In this document: positions 50,930 through 64,000 of the stretch, piece after piece
Position numbering within the stretch: position 1 is the stretch's first letter
Layout of the letters: each line of letters begins with the position of its first letter
Assembly: GCA_040437565.1 (NCBI GenBank)
Contig: JBDOQK010000006.1
Coordinates: forward strand, 1-64,000
Origin: Albugo candida
Lineage: Eukaryota
Length of the DNA: 64,000 nucleotides
Direction: 5' to 3'
Notes under the pieces: generated by a model
Database searches by the model: none
Told to the model about the DNA's origin: nothing
Seen by the model: only the letters and a program-made list of their open reading frames with translations
Made by a program: the position numbers and the translations under genes

Positions 50930-52761
50930 TAGGCAAACGAATCCAGCTTCTTTTCGAGCACAGCTTCCCAATTTCGTATGACCGCTCAGTCAGCCCAAAT
51001 CCTATTCTGTTTTCCCAGACATATGCCTAATTAGTTACATCCTGCGCCAAGCAAACCGAATCTTTTTAATATTGGAGTGCAAGAAAAAAGAAGACATATT
51101 CATGTGCTCGTTTAGTACGCTGTCAACCGTCATAACGACGGTAGAGAACTTTGACGTCCCAAGTCCCTAGTTTGTGGTATCTAAATTGCTTTTCATGATG
51201 TATACTACTAATAAGTGAACGTGGCATTTTCATACTAACACAAGTAAAATTCGAGTCAAATGATTGGTTTGGAATGCTTGATGCAAGATCTCCATGCCAA
51301 GGTGATAAGTTGATAACTGCGTTTTTCGCTAATAGATACGATTACGCCGGAAAGGTGCCTCCATATCGAGGTATTAAACCCACTTAACTCCAATCAGTCT
51401 CGCCAAGGGCCTACGGCCCAACAGAAATTTCAATATCCGTCCGCACTAGAGGAGATATATAAGTCTGCTCAGTTTTGGACAGTACGACGCTAGATGGAAA
51501 GTTTTGACGTAATCTTTAGCCAGGAACTGATGAGATGGGATAACAAAACAGGAAGGCGTAAGCGGATGCTAAATTTCAATATCATGGACTCGATGCCGCC
51601 GCGAAGACCATCATAATTTGTTTAAAATACTTGGTAATAGCTTTGACTGGTAGAATTTGTTTGGAAGGAGCTAATTCGCATACTTAAGCTTGTATAACTG
51701 TAAACGAAGCAGCCATATTTAAGATAGCCTAGGCAACTAGAGAATTCAGTTAGACTAATTTTAGTAATGTATACATCTTCAACTAAACTAAATAGCCAAT
51801 TAAGGGATATATAAAGCATCATCTTCGGCCAACTATACTACCTCGTTTCTTCATGAATTCGATTTCCATAGAGAGCGATCCGCTGGTGCTTTTAATCAGG
51901 GATAAAGTCATGAAAAGAGAGCTCATGATTGGAAAAGTAGGTAGCAAGGAATTTTGATAAGACCTGTTAGAAACCGTACAAAAGATAACACACAAAGACT
52001 TGCTGTTTAAAAGGTATATTGAGAACTCCCTAGCAACCTATCTTATGTTTCTCTTTCGACCTTTCACTGTCTAGGACTCTTCACCGGATCGTAGTCTTCC
52101 ATCAGTGAAGATCTTCAACTTACCGTCACTGTAACACGTAACGGCAGAACAGATGCAATTAACTTGTGTTATGATTCGCGATAAGCGACGATACTGACAA
52201 GGATTGTTAAGGTAAATCTTCGAGCATAAATTAACATCGATGCAATCAGCTACGCTTCTCTAATAATCCGTTTTGCTACCGGTGCACTTTTCAATATGCG
52301 GCCCTTCAGATACCACGCATGCATGTCAAGTTATTAAATCCTTTTGATTATTAAAGAAAGTTTATCTCCTTAATCATCATGACGTTGACAAATAGACGAC
52401 GCTTTCATCATTTTCTTTTGTCTTATTTAGCATGTACACAATAGGGGAGAAGAAACGAGACTAGATATACACACGTATTGACGGGATCGAATATTCTCCA
52501 CTCTCTCAAAATCTAAAGCATCTGTATGATGATCACATAAGGTTTTCAAGAATCTCACTCTACCGATCATATTAAATCAACTGAGACTGCATATAGCGAC
52601 AAAGCGTACTATTTAACGAAAGCTACTTCATCTATACTGCTTGCAAGAAATTCTTCATGTACTTGGAACCATAAGCAGTGCTGACATTGATAATGTGTAA
52701 AGGCGAGTCCCACTATAATAGTGGGATAGACGAGCCGTTTTTTCTGATCTTTAAGTCTCTA

Positions 52762-53387
52762 TAGTGCAGAACATCTATAACCATCAACTATTTTAAGGGT
52801 TGTTCGAACTGTATCACAGCCAGTAGAATTTAGTTTGATCAAAATCTGGCTCAGTCACAGGGAACTAGAGATAGAAAGCTATAAAATTACAGAGCAGATT
52901 TATGTTTGGTTTATTTTGGCGAAGATATGGGATTTCTAAAACCGAAAGATTTATAGGGATTTGGCTCAAGCAGCATGATNNNNNNNNNNNNNNNNNNNNN
53001 NNNNNNNNNNNNNNNNNNNNNNNNNNNNNNNNNNNNNNNNNNNNNNNNNNNNNNNNNNNNNNNNNNNNNNNNNNNNNNNTTGTTGGTTGTCTGTTTGGCC
53101 TCCTGGTCAAGTTTCAACATTCCAGCGGCCAGGTGTCCCTCGGTCATGTCATCAATTTTGTTATCATCCTCATCCTCGTCATCAGATTTTCTGCTTTCGT
53201 TCTCATTGTCTGGTCCAGCTTGTGCATCTTGAGTGATAAATTGAAGTATGTCTAAAGTCGGCGAGAACCAAGTGCAGCATTGCGGTTTTCTGCACGTTTT
53301 CTTCGTTGAGTACGGCTCGAATTCCCAATGTACCGACCCGGACGGTTCGAAATAAAGTGTAATTTCAGTGCGGCAGAGTCTGCTTCA
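52762..53387 (-). mobile_element. Second, 5'-truncated inverted copy of the 49857-50929 transposon
   Basis: Reverse complement of 50304-50929, including the TIR, the TA flank and a gap at the same relative position. Confidence 0.8.
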
Positions 53388-53389
53388 AT

Positions 53390-55406
53390 ATGAACTGTCA
53401 TTGGCTGTACCAGCCACTAATGCTGATCGAAATCATCAACAACCTATGGTATTACATTATGACGAAAAGCATGGGCGCAAGGATAGCCCATTGTAGATGT
53501 CAGCAAGCCTACAAGTAAACTAAAGTTTAGTTAGTTGCAGTTGATGGCACTTTGTCGCAATTACTTGCACTTAATCACAGTCTACAAGGATTGACAATCT
53601 AGGTCATCACTAAGCCGCTGCTGGTACTGTCGATGAGCTGCGTGCATACCTGCTACTGAAATCTTTGCCATAACCTCTGAAAACATGGAACCTAACTGCA
53701 TCGTGAAGATAGCCCGCTGCTTTGCATTTTTCTGCACAATGACAGCAAGCTGGCCTTCGCAGGCAAGGCGAGCTGCTGAATTCACTCACTGAGCGTAGAT
53801 CCCCTGCAATGAATGAAATTTCAGACATATATGGCTGTTTCTGGCATATTCAGCATACAACAAAACTTACCTGTCGACACAGCGATCCATTTTTTTAGGG
53901 TAGCATGGGTTCTCTCCACCCGGGATGTTGGTACATGCCCATAATGACACTTATTGTGCAGGAAAGCAGCAACAAAGCGCTTCTTCTAAACCAGCAAATT
54001 TGTCTCAAGGTATCTCATTGAAGTTGCAGGAAAGGAGGCATGCACTACTAAAAGTTGTGTCTGGAAATCGGCAATTGCTGTGGCGGCAAAAAGTTGGTTC
54101 CAGGCTTGATTGAATTCTTGCCAGGCTTCTGAGGTTTTGAAATGCTGTCCTTTGCTTGGCAAGAATGTTTTTGCTGATATGCCAGTGCCAAAGCAAGCAA
54201 GATTCGTTAGGAAATGTCTCCAATCGTCTTCGAGTTAGTTTACTCCGCACAACTTTCGAATGGACGCCTCACCAAGTTTCAACAACACGAATGTACGTTA
54301 TTGTTGAATGGAACGCTTTCACCGAAAATCACTTCTTCTAGGTGAAGCAAGGTAAAACTCCTTTAACATGGAGCATTGCCCATAAGTAGTCTGCCGAAGT
54401 CTCGTTTTTCATAAAGCAGTATGCGAATGTGAAGGTACTATTTGCTTCTGTGATGCCAATAATATGGAGGAGATAGAGTCCATATCTGCTGGTTTTGTAG
54501 ATAGCATCAATAAGCCCGACACAACCAGCACTGTACTTGTGGAACATCTCCTTTGCAGAAGGTGAGATAGTCAGTAGATCAGTTAGCCGCTACAGACCAT
54601 CAAACTTAGAGAAGTAGTCACCGAGAGAAAGACCATCTAAGAATGCTACAAGTGAAGATCGGCCTGCCAGCAACCTGTTGCGTTCTTCACGACGCAAGTT
54701 GTAGATATCTTGAGCTGTGGTCATAACATTATTGATTTGGAGCAGTGAAGTGCCAAAACGGCCAGGTGTCATACCAGAACGACCCATCATCAAAATTAAT
54801 TGCCGGCTTTTCTTTCTTGAAGCGCGCCCTTTTGGTTGCGCAGACTGGTGAGCAAAGGGAGCATGATTGTGTTCTCAATTCTCAATATGCACTTTCCATT
54901 GACCAGACTTTTGTTTCCGTATGCTGGCCTTAAATAAGAACCCACAGCTGCGACTAGAAGATACACGTTGGCGAGTACCTACACTTATCACTGGGGGGTT
55001 TGATTGCGAGCACGCAAGAATTAAAGCTTTCACTTCATCATCTGCCTTGTTGCCTATCTTTCTTTTGTGCTTCATAACAACAACATAGTGTTGTAGTGCA
55101 TGATCTTCAATTGCTTCTTTCGCCTATTCCACAGTAGCGTAGGCTAGCTGGGCTAGTGGTGCAAAGCTGTTCATTGTGGTCTCTAGAGGTGATAAAAGCG
55201 TAATTTTATTGTTTTCATTTCGTTGCATTTATTCAGACCAACCAGAGGCCACGATTTCCATTAATTTATGAAGGGTGGGGGCTGATTAACGATTCCCGTA
55301 ATTTTATTCTGCTATACTTATTTTAACCAATCAGAGGCCACTGATCTATTAATTTATGAAGGCTGAGTGCTGATTACAGAAAAGGTGAGTGCTGAATAAC
55401 GATTCC
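53390..55406 (-). mobile_element. Mutator-like (MULE) element with decayed transposase (ATG ~55174)
   Basis: FAR1-like GQWKVHIEN*EHNHAP; MULE core LIDAIYKTSRYGLYLLHIIG..FAYCFMKNETSADYLWA; LLWHWHISKNI; SWIM-like TSTMGYPCAH. Terminus GGAATCGTTATTCAGCAC at 55406 with subterminal direct repeats at ~55237-55362. Confidence 0.85.
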
Positions 55407-55470
55407 TTTCAAATTACATCATGCTTACTTAAATAATTACTCCCACAACTTTTTTGAAACAATAAATAAT

Positions 55471-56147
55471 GGATGTTGATATCCCGACAGCTTTTTTTCA
55501 AATTAGAGCATGCCTAGTTACATTATCACTCTCACAACTTTTTCTTTTTGCAAAATACATAAATGATTTTACATGTCTAACTAATTACATCCATACACAC
55601 CCTGAATTATTACTCCAACAACTTCAATCGAAAATTATTTGTGATTCGCTACTACACAGAACGTTCAACTGTGATAGGCTGATACATATGACAATTTCCA
55701 TTTGACACATAGCATTTGAGCATCAGACACAAGAAAAATGCAGGTGCAGCAATTGCGGAAAAATCGGCCGTACGAAACAGTCTTGTAGAATCGCGGTTAC
55801 AAGCTTAGATTCAGGACAGGCTTTAGTAAAAGTTGGATTTCTTCACAAAACATTTTCATAATACATTTTATTTTCGGCGTTAGTGTATAATAACCTTTGC
55901 GTCTTTACGACGCATTATATCTCAACAAACTGGCAATGAATCGTCAATTGATGATGAGGTATTTGCTCAGTTGAAAGTATCTATATTACTAGAATTAGCC
56001 TTAGACGTAAATGACTTCTACTAGTTAGAAATGTAAACTTATTTATTTTTCAGAAAAGTTTTGGGAGTAATAATTTAATTAGGCATGACGTATTCTGAAC
56101 TAAAGAGGATTGTAAATAAAAAAAAAGTTGTCGGGATATGAATACCC
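55471..56147 (+). mobile_element. Non-autonomous MULE-derived element (MITE-like) with ~110-130 bp TIRs
   Basis: Left end GGATGTTGATATCCCGACAGCTTTTT...TTTACATGTCTAACTA mirrors the right-end reverse complement GGGTATTCATATCCCGACAACTTTTT...TTTACATTTCTAACTA. Internal knuckle remnant CSNCGKIGRTKQSC. An extra partial TIR lies at 55407-55470. Confidence 0.72.
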
Positions 56148-56299
56148 TAAAAATATCAAGGATATGCCCTACACGTACTGGTATACACATGCCTAGGACT
56201 ATAGCGAGGAACTAGGAGCTTCGGCCTAATTTTTTCTGGTCGTCACTGTGTGTGTTAGTTCTCGTGGACACTTCATGGTATAATACCATCACATGCTAC

Positions 56300-57970
56300 A
56301 ATTTACCTATTATTTTTGTAATTTGATTTCGGGCGCTTTGGGGCACAGTTTCCATCTTCAATGTACTGATTCGTGGCATGTCGGTCCATATTTAGGTATT
56401 TCAAGACAGGTCTTCAACTGAATTTGCAATTATAGTTATCGACTCTCCATGTTGCGCTAAAATTTGCGCCGTAGTGGCACACTTGTCTATTGGCAATAAG
56501 ATGAAGTAAGACATGCTCGGTGCTAAGGAATTCATCTTTAGCATTGCCGTATGTCATCATCTATGATGAAGGGCGATACATCGTCTAGAACTACATCCTC
56601 ATTTAATGAAGAATATGCTTGTAATAAAGATAACGAAGCATGCAAGCATGCGTCTTATCGGACCGGTCCTAGGATTGTGGCCAAAATGGGCTCAGATTCC
56701 ACATCATTTTGTTTGGAACATTTCCGTTTCTCAGTAGCTTGTTGCGATGTAATCCACTTTTTCTTTAGGCGCCTTCTTATTCTCGAAAAATTACCCAAAA
56801 CTCTTGTACGGACATCCTTCAGCGCCGGTGGCATTATTCTATCTTCTGATCTCTCAAAATAGGCGGCTGCACACGTCGATGATTTTCAGGAGTCGTAAAA
56901 ATACGTGACCATGTTGAGCAATTTCTTGGAATTCTTTAGTGCTATAGTCGTAGACCATGAATGCAAGGCGAGGCTCCATCTTCGAAGTACCCGCATGAGC
57001 ATCGTACAACGTCATCACGAAATTAAATTATAACTTCACCGAAACATTTCCCACCACTTAGCGGGTTGTGACGATTTATCAACAAGTCGAGTGTTCCTTT
57101 AATTCACCTCAATTTACAGAGGTCATTTTTTATCAACCTTCCGCGATGCATATAGAGTGAGAATTCCCACTCTTTCACTTTGCTTTTTTTTCGGCCTACG
57201 TGCACGTCATATACGCTTCATCCCCAATAGGTAGTCGATTATAGGAAGAATAGTAACATCCTTTATCATGCTATTTACCGCTTCCACCGTATTTTTTGAG
57301 ACTGAAAGTGCTTTATATTGGACATGTGGACATGGTTAAGCTGTTGAATATTTTAGCGGCCAGCATGGTGAAGCTACGCCGACACACTGCTGCCCAAAAT
57401 GGCGCTATTTTACTACCTCCTTCTCTTGCTCCACTGCTGTCCTTGATATCCAAACCAAATTATTTAGCTTCTTGGACTTGTATTTCTTGCTAAATTTTTC
57501 TATTCAATGCCGAAAGCAGAAAACGTGTGGGACGTGTGGTGCCATTGTCAGCATAGCTTTCACATTTTTTTGTCTCTATCCGATATTACAAATGCAGGAG
57601 TTTGCTTATGGTGGTATAGTGGAAGCTACTAAAGCCAGCTGCAGCTATGTTCATTCTCCAGCGATACGAGCCCAAATCTGATAATTTGGATATCTTTGTT
57701 TCCATTTCGATGGCAGCTACAAAGATACTCCTACTGACGCCTGCATAAAATGTGCCGTCCACGGATAACCACATCAACTTTATAACTGTTATGCCTTAGA
57801 GTCCTTCTCAGAAATTGATGCTCAGCCTCATAAATTTATTATCTGCGATATAGAACTTGTCTTCGCGACCTCAAGTCTTCAGTTCAGCCATGTAGGATGG
57901 AATGAGACTGTATTGCTCAATATTATTATCGAATAACTCGATCTCCAACCATTTGAGCACTTGAGTACAG
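56300..57970 (-). pseudogene. Second, highly decayed MULE transposase (boundaries approximate)
   Basis: In order on the minus strand: EQYSLIPSYMAEL; LSVDGTF; RNGNKDIQIIRFGLVSLENEHS; PHVFCFRH (CxxH); SWIM finger RCSCGYFEDGASPCIH. Confidence 0.78.
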
Positions 57971-60900
57971 TTCATATAGCGGCGGAAATACCTTCTTCAA
58001 TCAAAAATTGATTTGGATCATCACATGACACGCCACGTTCAATTCTATAATTCCAGGGACACTGATGTAACCCGAGTGCAAAGAGAGGAGCCATGGAAGA
58101 GGTCTCGGTCGGTGGAACATACTGCTCGTAGAAATAATAGTGAGGCACAATGAGTAAGAAGACGTTCAAGAAAAGATTGGAAATATTATCATGCAGAAAT
58201 ATCTACGAGTTTTATCAAATGACCCGAATGTGAATCGCGTCTGCAAACACGCTTTGTGACACAGGGAGTGACTTTGTGCTACATAAAAAGCGCCAAGAAA
58301 GCAGATACAGTCTAGGATATGATAGCGACGCATGTTTGAAAATATGATGGTAATGTGCTTGTGTGGATGTTTATCCAATTTTTGATTAGAAAGGCATTTC
58401 ATTAGACTACTCCATGGTTTAACAAGCACAATCAGCGTCGCATTTTCGCCAAGTTCAAGTCTAGACACAAGTATATACCGTTGCCAGCGTTGGTAAGATT
58501 GTTTCTTTATCCATCACGTTATTAAGCAAATCTGCATGAGAAGCTGAGAACGCACCGCACCGTCCGATGATTTCAACACCTCGTTTGTGAGACAGAATCT
58601 GCAGACGCCCTTAGCACCTGACAGAGTAACAAGCTTCTAAGAGCGCAGTTATCGGTCGATACAATCAAAGACAATAGAAGCAGTCAAGAAAAGTTTCTAT
58701 GCTATGAGAGTATGCAGATCCAGGGGAATAGGAATGAGCGACGTTGTATCACCCACGACTAAAAGTTATGTTAACTTGAGGAAAAGATAGCATTCGAATC
58801 GCTAGTAACAAAGGTCATTCGCAAATGACCCGCAGCGAAATGAGTTCAGCTGAGCTATTGCCCGTCTAATAAAGGAACGCCCTTAGCTATATAAACACGA
58901 GTCGCGCTACTAATCCAATTCCCGCTACCTTGGATAAGCTGCTTAAAGAATTCAAGGCTACGACCTTTTTTTTTATCACTTCGAGCGGAAGCAGAGTCAG
59001 AACACATATCAGAAGGAGGGTTAGACTGAATGTTACGAAACACACGAGACAACGCACTAATTGTTCTGAAATCATAGTTATTGCTTTTCGAATCGTGTAA
59101 AGGTGGATGGATTCTCGAAGCCTTATATGTATTGGTTGACATCAATTTTTGGATACTTCCTCGATGTGCTTGACCATTTTGAGTAGTTATTTTGCAAGTG
59201 CGCTTGCGTTGTGGTACCCCAGCCACGCTTTTGATCGGACGCAGGTCGAGTCTCCATAAGAAGATTGAAAAGGAACTCTCCGAGCTGATTAGTATAAGAT
59301 CCGCTCCAAGTAGTTCACTTTTGTCGCATTTATTACAGTACGCACTAAACCGAAAGATAGAGCTTTTCAAAATCGGAAATAGACGCAAGATGTCGTGTCA
59401 TGGCAATTGCAAAAGCTTACTTGTAGAACGCATAAGGAAAGCTCTCAGAGCTGACCCACTCAGGTCCGATAACAAATGTTTGCGGTCTACCACACCCGAA
59501 ATTCACGTTTGATTTGTTGAATCGTTTCAAGCTGCTATTCAAACCAATCTGACATGTCGTGTGCTCACTAGGCGAATCCGAGTTGGAATATCCGTGATCA
59601 CAGCCACTATCCACCCGCATTACACAACGACAGATCAATCTGCCCATTTTTTGCGGTATTTCCAGCAATAGGAAAATTATATCTGTAGTCTTTGAGCTAA
59701 TCAGGCTATTCGAGTGTTCACTATTCCCAAGTGTCGCCGATGGATCAGAATTGAACCCGCGTTGGATTCCAATGAGCCTGCTACAAATGTCGACTACCGG
59801 TACTGACCGCTGTTATTTGTGTGCCTCTAACAGAGTTTCGACGATTTGTAAGCACAGCATAGAAAAATATCAGTCACGGTTGTAAAGTAATTTTAATTGT
59901 CCTCCAGCATTACAGACAGCGCATTAGGAGTATCAAAGCTATCCAGAAAGTTGAAACAGCATGGGATCGGGTGAGCCTGCTAAACACATTAGCGCACTAG
60001 ATCCCCCAAGGTCGATTACATGCTCAGCTGTCGTCTCCAATGCCCTTTGTCATCGATGCCCGTATAGGCTCACGACACCTTGACAAGCTTGTCTACGGTA
60101 TCTTGACTGTCCGTCAAATTTTGAGCCACCACAAGGATGCTTTTTGTCATCACTTCAAAGATGCGATGGTATAAACCTGTATCCGAGAAGACAATGCATG
60201 CTTTGACCGCGCTTATGTACGTGACGGCTTCACGCAACCGAGCATTGAATTCCTTCGGACTACTGTGGTCCATACGAATCATTCCATATAAGTCGCCAGA
60301 ATTGTATATGGACGAGACTTGACCCAAGTCGTACGCGACTTTACAGTGACAGACTCAAATCCTGGTCTATACAGAGTGTAATGTATGATCTTTGAGAATT
60401 GCATATGTGGTGGAGATGCGATGATCTCCGAGTAATATATCTTTGGTCTGATGGCGACATTGGAATACCCACTTCTTTCCACTACTTATGAGGGCATCCC
60501 CTTTTCTTTGAGAAAATTGATCAAATTTAGCGCTTTAGGTGGTGGGGAACAAGCCCAAACTCCACAGGTACTTTGACGCCATAGACTAGGACCTTGTCCT
60601 TTACCGTCACGTTATACTTGAGTTTTTCGTAGTAATCCTTCGCTGCATTCTTTAGCTTGATGATAGCTAGATCCTCCATTCCATATTGTCATTTGCTCAT
60701 ATGAGCAGTTGCTAACGATGCAGGTACTTTTCCGCATGTATTAGTTTGCTTACTTCCTGGTGTTATAGTAGCATCATTAGCTGGAATCGTCGGAGTCGTT
60801 CCCCCCTTCTTATCCAATTGAGAACCATTCAAGCTTCTATACAAATAAGTGTACTCATAATCCATTTCTGATGGAAGAGTACTCAACATAAACGTGTTTC

Positions 60901-63900
60901 TGTACTCGTTCACCGTCACAGCTCCAATGCTTGGTTCTTTCAGCTTCTCGTGAAATTCGTGTTTGAATATACAGGCCCAAACGAGAAGTTCCTGTGTATA
61001 ACCGCGAATTGCATTACCAAAGTTTGAAAGTGTCAGACACGAGTCTAGACGGAACCTTCGAGCACCTTTGCTAAATTTCACAGCTGAATACCAGCAGCTT
61101 CAAATGCAATAGGACGGTCCACATACTGAACACTGACGCTGAGCAATACAGTCTGATGTTCTTACATAGCTTCAGAAAGGTACTTTAGTAACGCAGCCGA
61201 TCCTTACTTTGCAACTTTTAGTTCATCTTTTACCATACACACCGCATGCAAACAGAATATTGCGTCGAGTCACTGATTCGGTAGATAAACCCATCAGATT
61301 GCTGAGATATGAAGGGTGTGAGATAGAGTTACTGAAACACAATTCATTCTGAAGCTTGACATCGAAGAACAGCCGTGAGATATCAGTTGTACTTCTACTA
61401 GTCATTCATTAAAAGCGTGCTTTTTGCTGTAGCTGATGAGCAAATTAGAAAGCAGGCTGCATAACAATCCCAACACGTAAGAAGTCTGCCACAATTCGAA
61501 GCGAAATTGGGCGACTTTGCCATACAAATGTTAAGACACTAATTCGTTGATTTGTCTCATTTAGCAATCAATGCGCGAAAGTAGAGATAGAAGTATGGAT
61601 CTCATCACCGAAAATCGAGCTTGGTGGCACACGGAGCTTTCTTTGAGATAGTCGAAGTTTCTCCAAAGAATCTGTAGGAGCCAAGGGGTCAAGCAGGTCA
61701 CTCTTATAATTACGTAGGTAGGGATCTGTGGTGAACATCGTGGAGCAAGCTCATTGGTTATACATGCGGAGCGCGCTGTGACCACGTTGCAGATCGAGGT
61801 TTATATTTTGTGCATTCACCACGTGCGATCATCTCTCAAGTGCTATAAGTGTATACACCACGAGCGCAGTCTTATTAAGAACGCACTCACAACCAATCCA
61901 ACTTGATGCATGATACGCTTTTAACGGCTACACTGGATAAATAATCACGCCAGAGTCCTGTGGCGAAGCCACTTCCAGCAAGAAGCCATATGTTTACGAT
62001 GAACTACCTGACTGCCAAAAAACGATAAATGATGCGAATGTGCTTTCCACGTCAACAGATACTATGTTTGTTACAGAGCAGCAAATAACTTGTAGATTGA
62101 TGCATCAAAATGCGCTCAGTACAAAATGCTGCAACCGACAGCAACCCAGCGCCTCAATACTTTTTGGTGTTTGTGATGGATGTGAAACTCGAAACAGTTC
62201 GAAATGTCAATGAATCAGCCCGACTCGAGTTGCAGTGCAACAAAATAAAATAAAGTCATTCCCACCTGCTCATTTGGAAGCTTCCTACGTAGAACAGATT
62301 CCTTATGTATGACACCTACAGACATCTTTGTAAGTATCTCGACCATATCATGGAATGCGAACAGTGCGATCTTGATTCAGCTTGAGAGTGACGAGATGCA
62401 ATTACCCTTCACGTACACCTCTTTGTTTACTTTATCCACATTTCTCTACGTCTAAAGCAAGTGCCAAACTATCGACCAAGAATAGAAAAGGCATGACGTC
62501 GTTGCATCTGCAAACTCATGACACGCTGAATTCGCGTGAATGTTTTGCGGAGGATGGAACACGATTGTCAATATTTCTCATGCCATAGATTTGAGGCATT
62601 CTTTGATGATGTATGAACGCAAGCTGGAAGAAGACAGTAATTCATCCCGAATACCCATGCAGTTCCGATTGCGTGTTGTGAGATCACAAATGACGAGTGG
62701 AATAAGCTCAAGGAATTGGCTCGGTTACCAGAAGAACGCCATCGTCTGAAGAGCCCGCACGAAGCTGATATGTCTAATTCACGGGCGATAGACCCTACTA
62801 CGTGGAATCCTGTTGATTCTTACGCTCTAGACGCAAAGGCTGACATATCAAAGCAAAGTTGTGATGGAAATGATCGAAGACGAAGCGCAATTAGTCACAA
62901 AAGTGTCCCTTTTTTGAATATGTTGGAGCGCAGCACACTTTAAATGGCGTAAGAGGTCGTCCTAGCCTTACATTTGGCTTGGTTAATGCGCCATTAGTTT
63001 TTTAGTTATCTTCCGAATGGTTTGTGCTTCTTGCGAATCTCAAAGCTGTTCCAGCACTTGCATCTCGATCCTACAATAGAGCTGATCTGGTCACTCGTCG
63101 CTGTCAATGATTCATTTGGTATGGCTATGAACCCCAGCATTCATCCACAACATACAAACAGTTTTCTTAAGCTACTTTATAGTTTCTAAATTTTGCATCC
63201 TCGTAAAGATCTATTGTGAGTGTACTACAATCTGCAGTCTAAATTTCTTTGTCAAAGATCTTGGCAGCCCGTGTGCTTTTCAGAGCACCGTCAAATGGTG
63301 CAGATCGTTCTACTGCTATGCATACATCTAATCTTGCAGCTGAATGCCGCAGTTTCGTTCCAATAGAAATTTTCTGCAAATTCCTACTTCAGCTGCTAGG
63401 GACGAGGATTTGCGAGCGAGAGACAAAGTGCTACCGCGGTCACTTCTATTAGATTGCATTACATCACGTAATTGCCGGCAGTATATATCTCGAACAATCT
63501 TGCATTAATAAAGCCCCTACCATATGTGCCGATCAAGTGACCAGCCCGGCGCACTTGATGAGAAGTGTTATTAAGCACTTGGAGAAAGCGGCAACAAAGT
63601 AGGATGATTGCGTGTGCTACATCATTTTCGCAAGCCAAATATGTACGAAGCGAGCGGATTCTTTGGACCAAAGGCACAGTATCACCGCTTCATTTAAAGG
63701 TCAATAAGATGATGCTCATAACAGTGCGTTCTGTTAAATTCCATTGCATAAATGGCCACAAAAGAATACGCCATGACTCTTCGAAAGCGCAGGCACGTTG
63801 ATGCGATTGATCCAATCCTCGCTTAAAGCCACTTTGTTCGGCTTTATGCAGTGCACGTACCAAAATCATCAGTCGGGTTTTAGTGAAGGTAGAAGAGAAT

Positions 63901-64000
63901 GTGTGGGGCGCTCATCCGGCGTATTGAATTGAGAATTTGAAATGCTTGGCGTCTTGAATGTGTACATAGGTGGTCTGAACAAATGTTACTCTTACTTAGA

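Noticed and set aside
51407..51420. GCCTACGGCC resembling the start of 5S rRNA
   Set aside because: Only ~10 nt match and there is no downstream 5S similarity.
52483..52507. Candidate second TIR of the 53.4-55.4 kb MULE
   Set aside because: The match is patchy, with no TSD and no subterminal repeats.
58855..61405. ORFs of 60-177 aa as real genes
   Set aside because: They have no recognisable domain, are fragmented, and several use non-ATG starts. At most they are unidentifiable pseudogene remnants.
1..64000. Fanzor/TnpB-like RuvC nuclease, Helitron Rep-Hel or viral genes
   Set aside because: I saw no RuvC (DPG / E..TS..C / RD.NAA), HUH-helicase or capsid motifs in the visible sequence. Gap interiors cannot be assessed.

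Overview
Eukaryotic, gene-sparse and transposon-rich scaffold segment with nine 100-N gaps. It is most likely from an oomycete. That is an inference from the Copia/Gypsy family types, an INR+FPR-like promoter and a short intron; the genus cannot be fixed from the sequence. Delimited elements: a complete but dead Tc1 DD34E transposon (3173-4520); two Copia LTR retrotransposons with half-tRNA(iMet)-type primer sites (9342-13476 and 44674-48530); a chromodomain Gypsy complex with three LTRs (33533-42708) whose outer pair shares the target-site duplication (TSD); a further Gypsy integrase fragment; two inverted copies of a TA-flanked DNA transposon; two decayed MULE transposases plus a MULE-derived MITE; and a probable LINE fragment. 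Between them lie decayed host-type genes (TPR protein, p25alpha/TPPP-domain protein with a 49-nt intron, coiled-coil and membrane-protein remnants). There is one long intact non-TE ORF (16429-17175), a candidate secreted effector. No rRNA, tRNA or CRISPR array is supported. I found no convincing wholly new biological system. The best leads are the gag start codon embedded in the anticodon-type primer-binding site (PBS), the lone intact secreted ORF, the decayed TPPP gene and the chimeric Gypsy structure.
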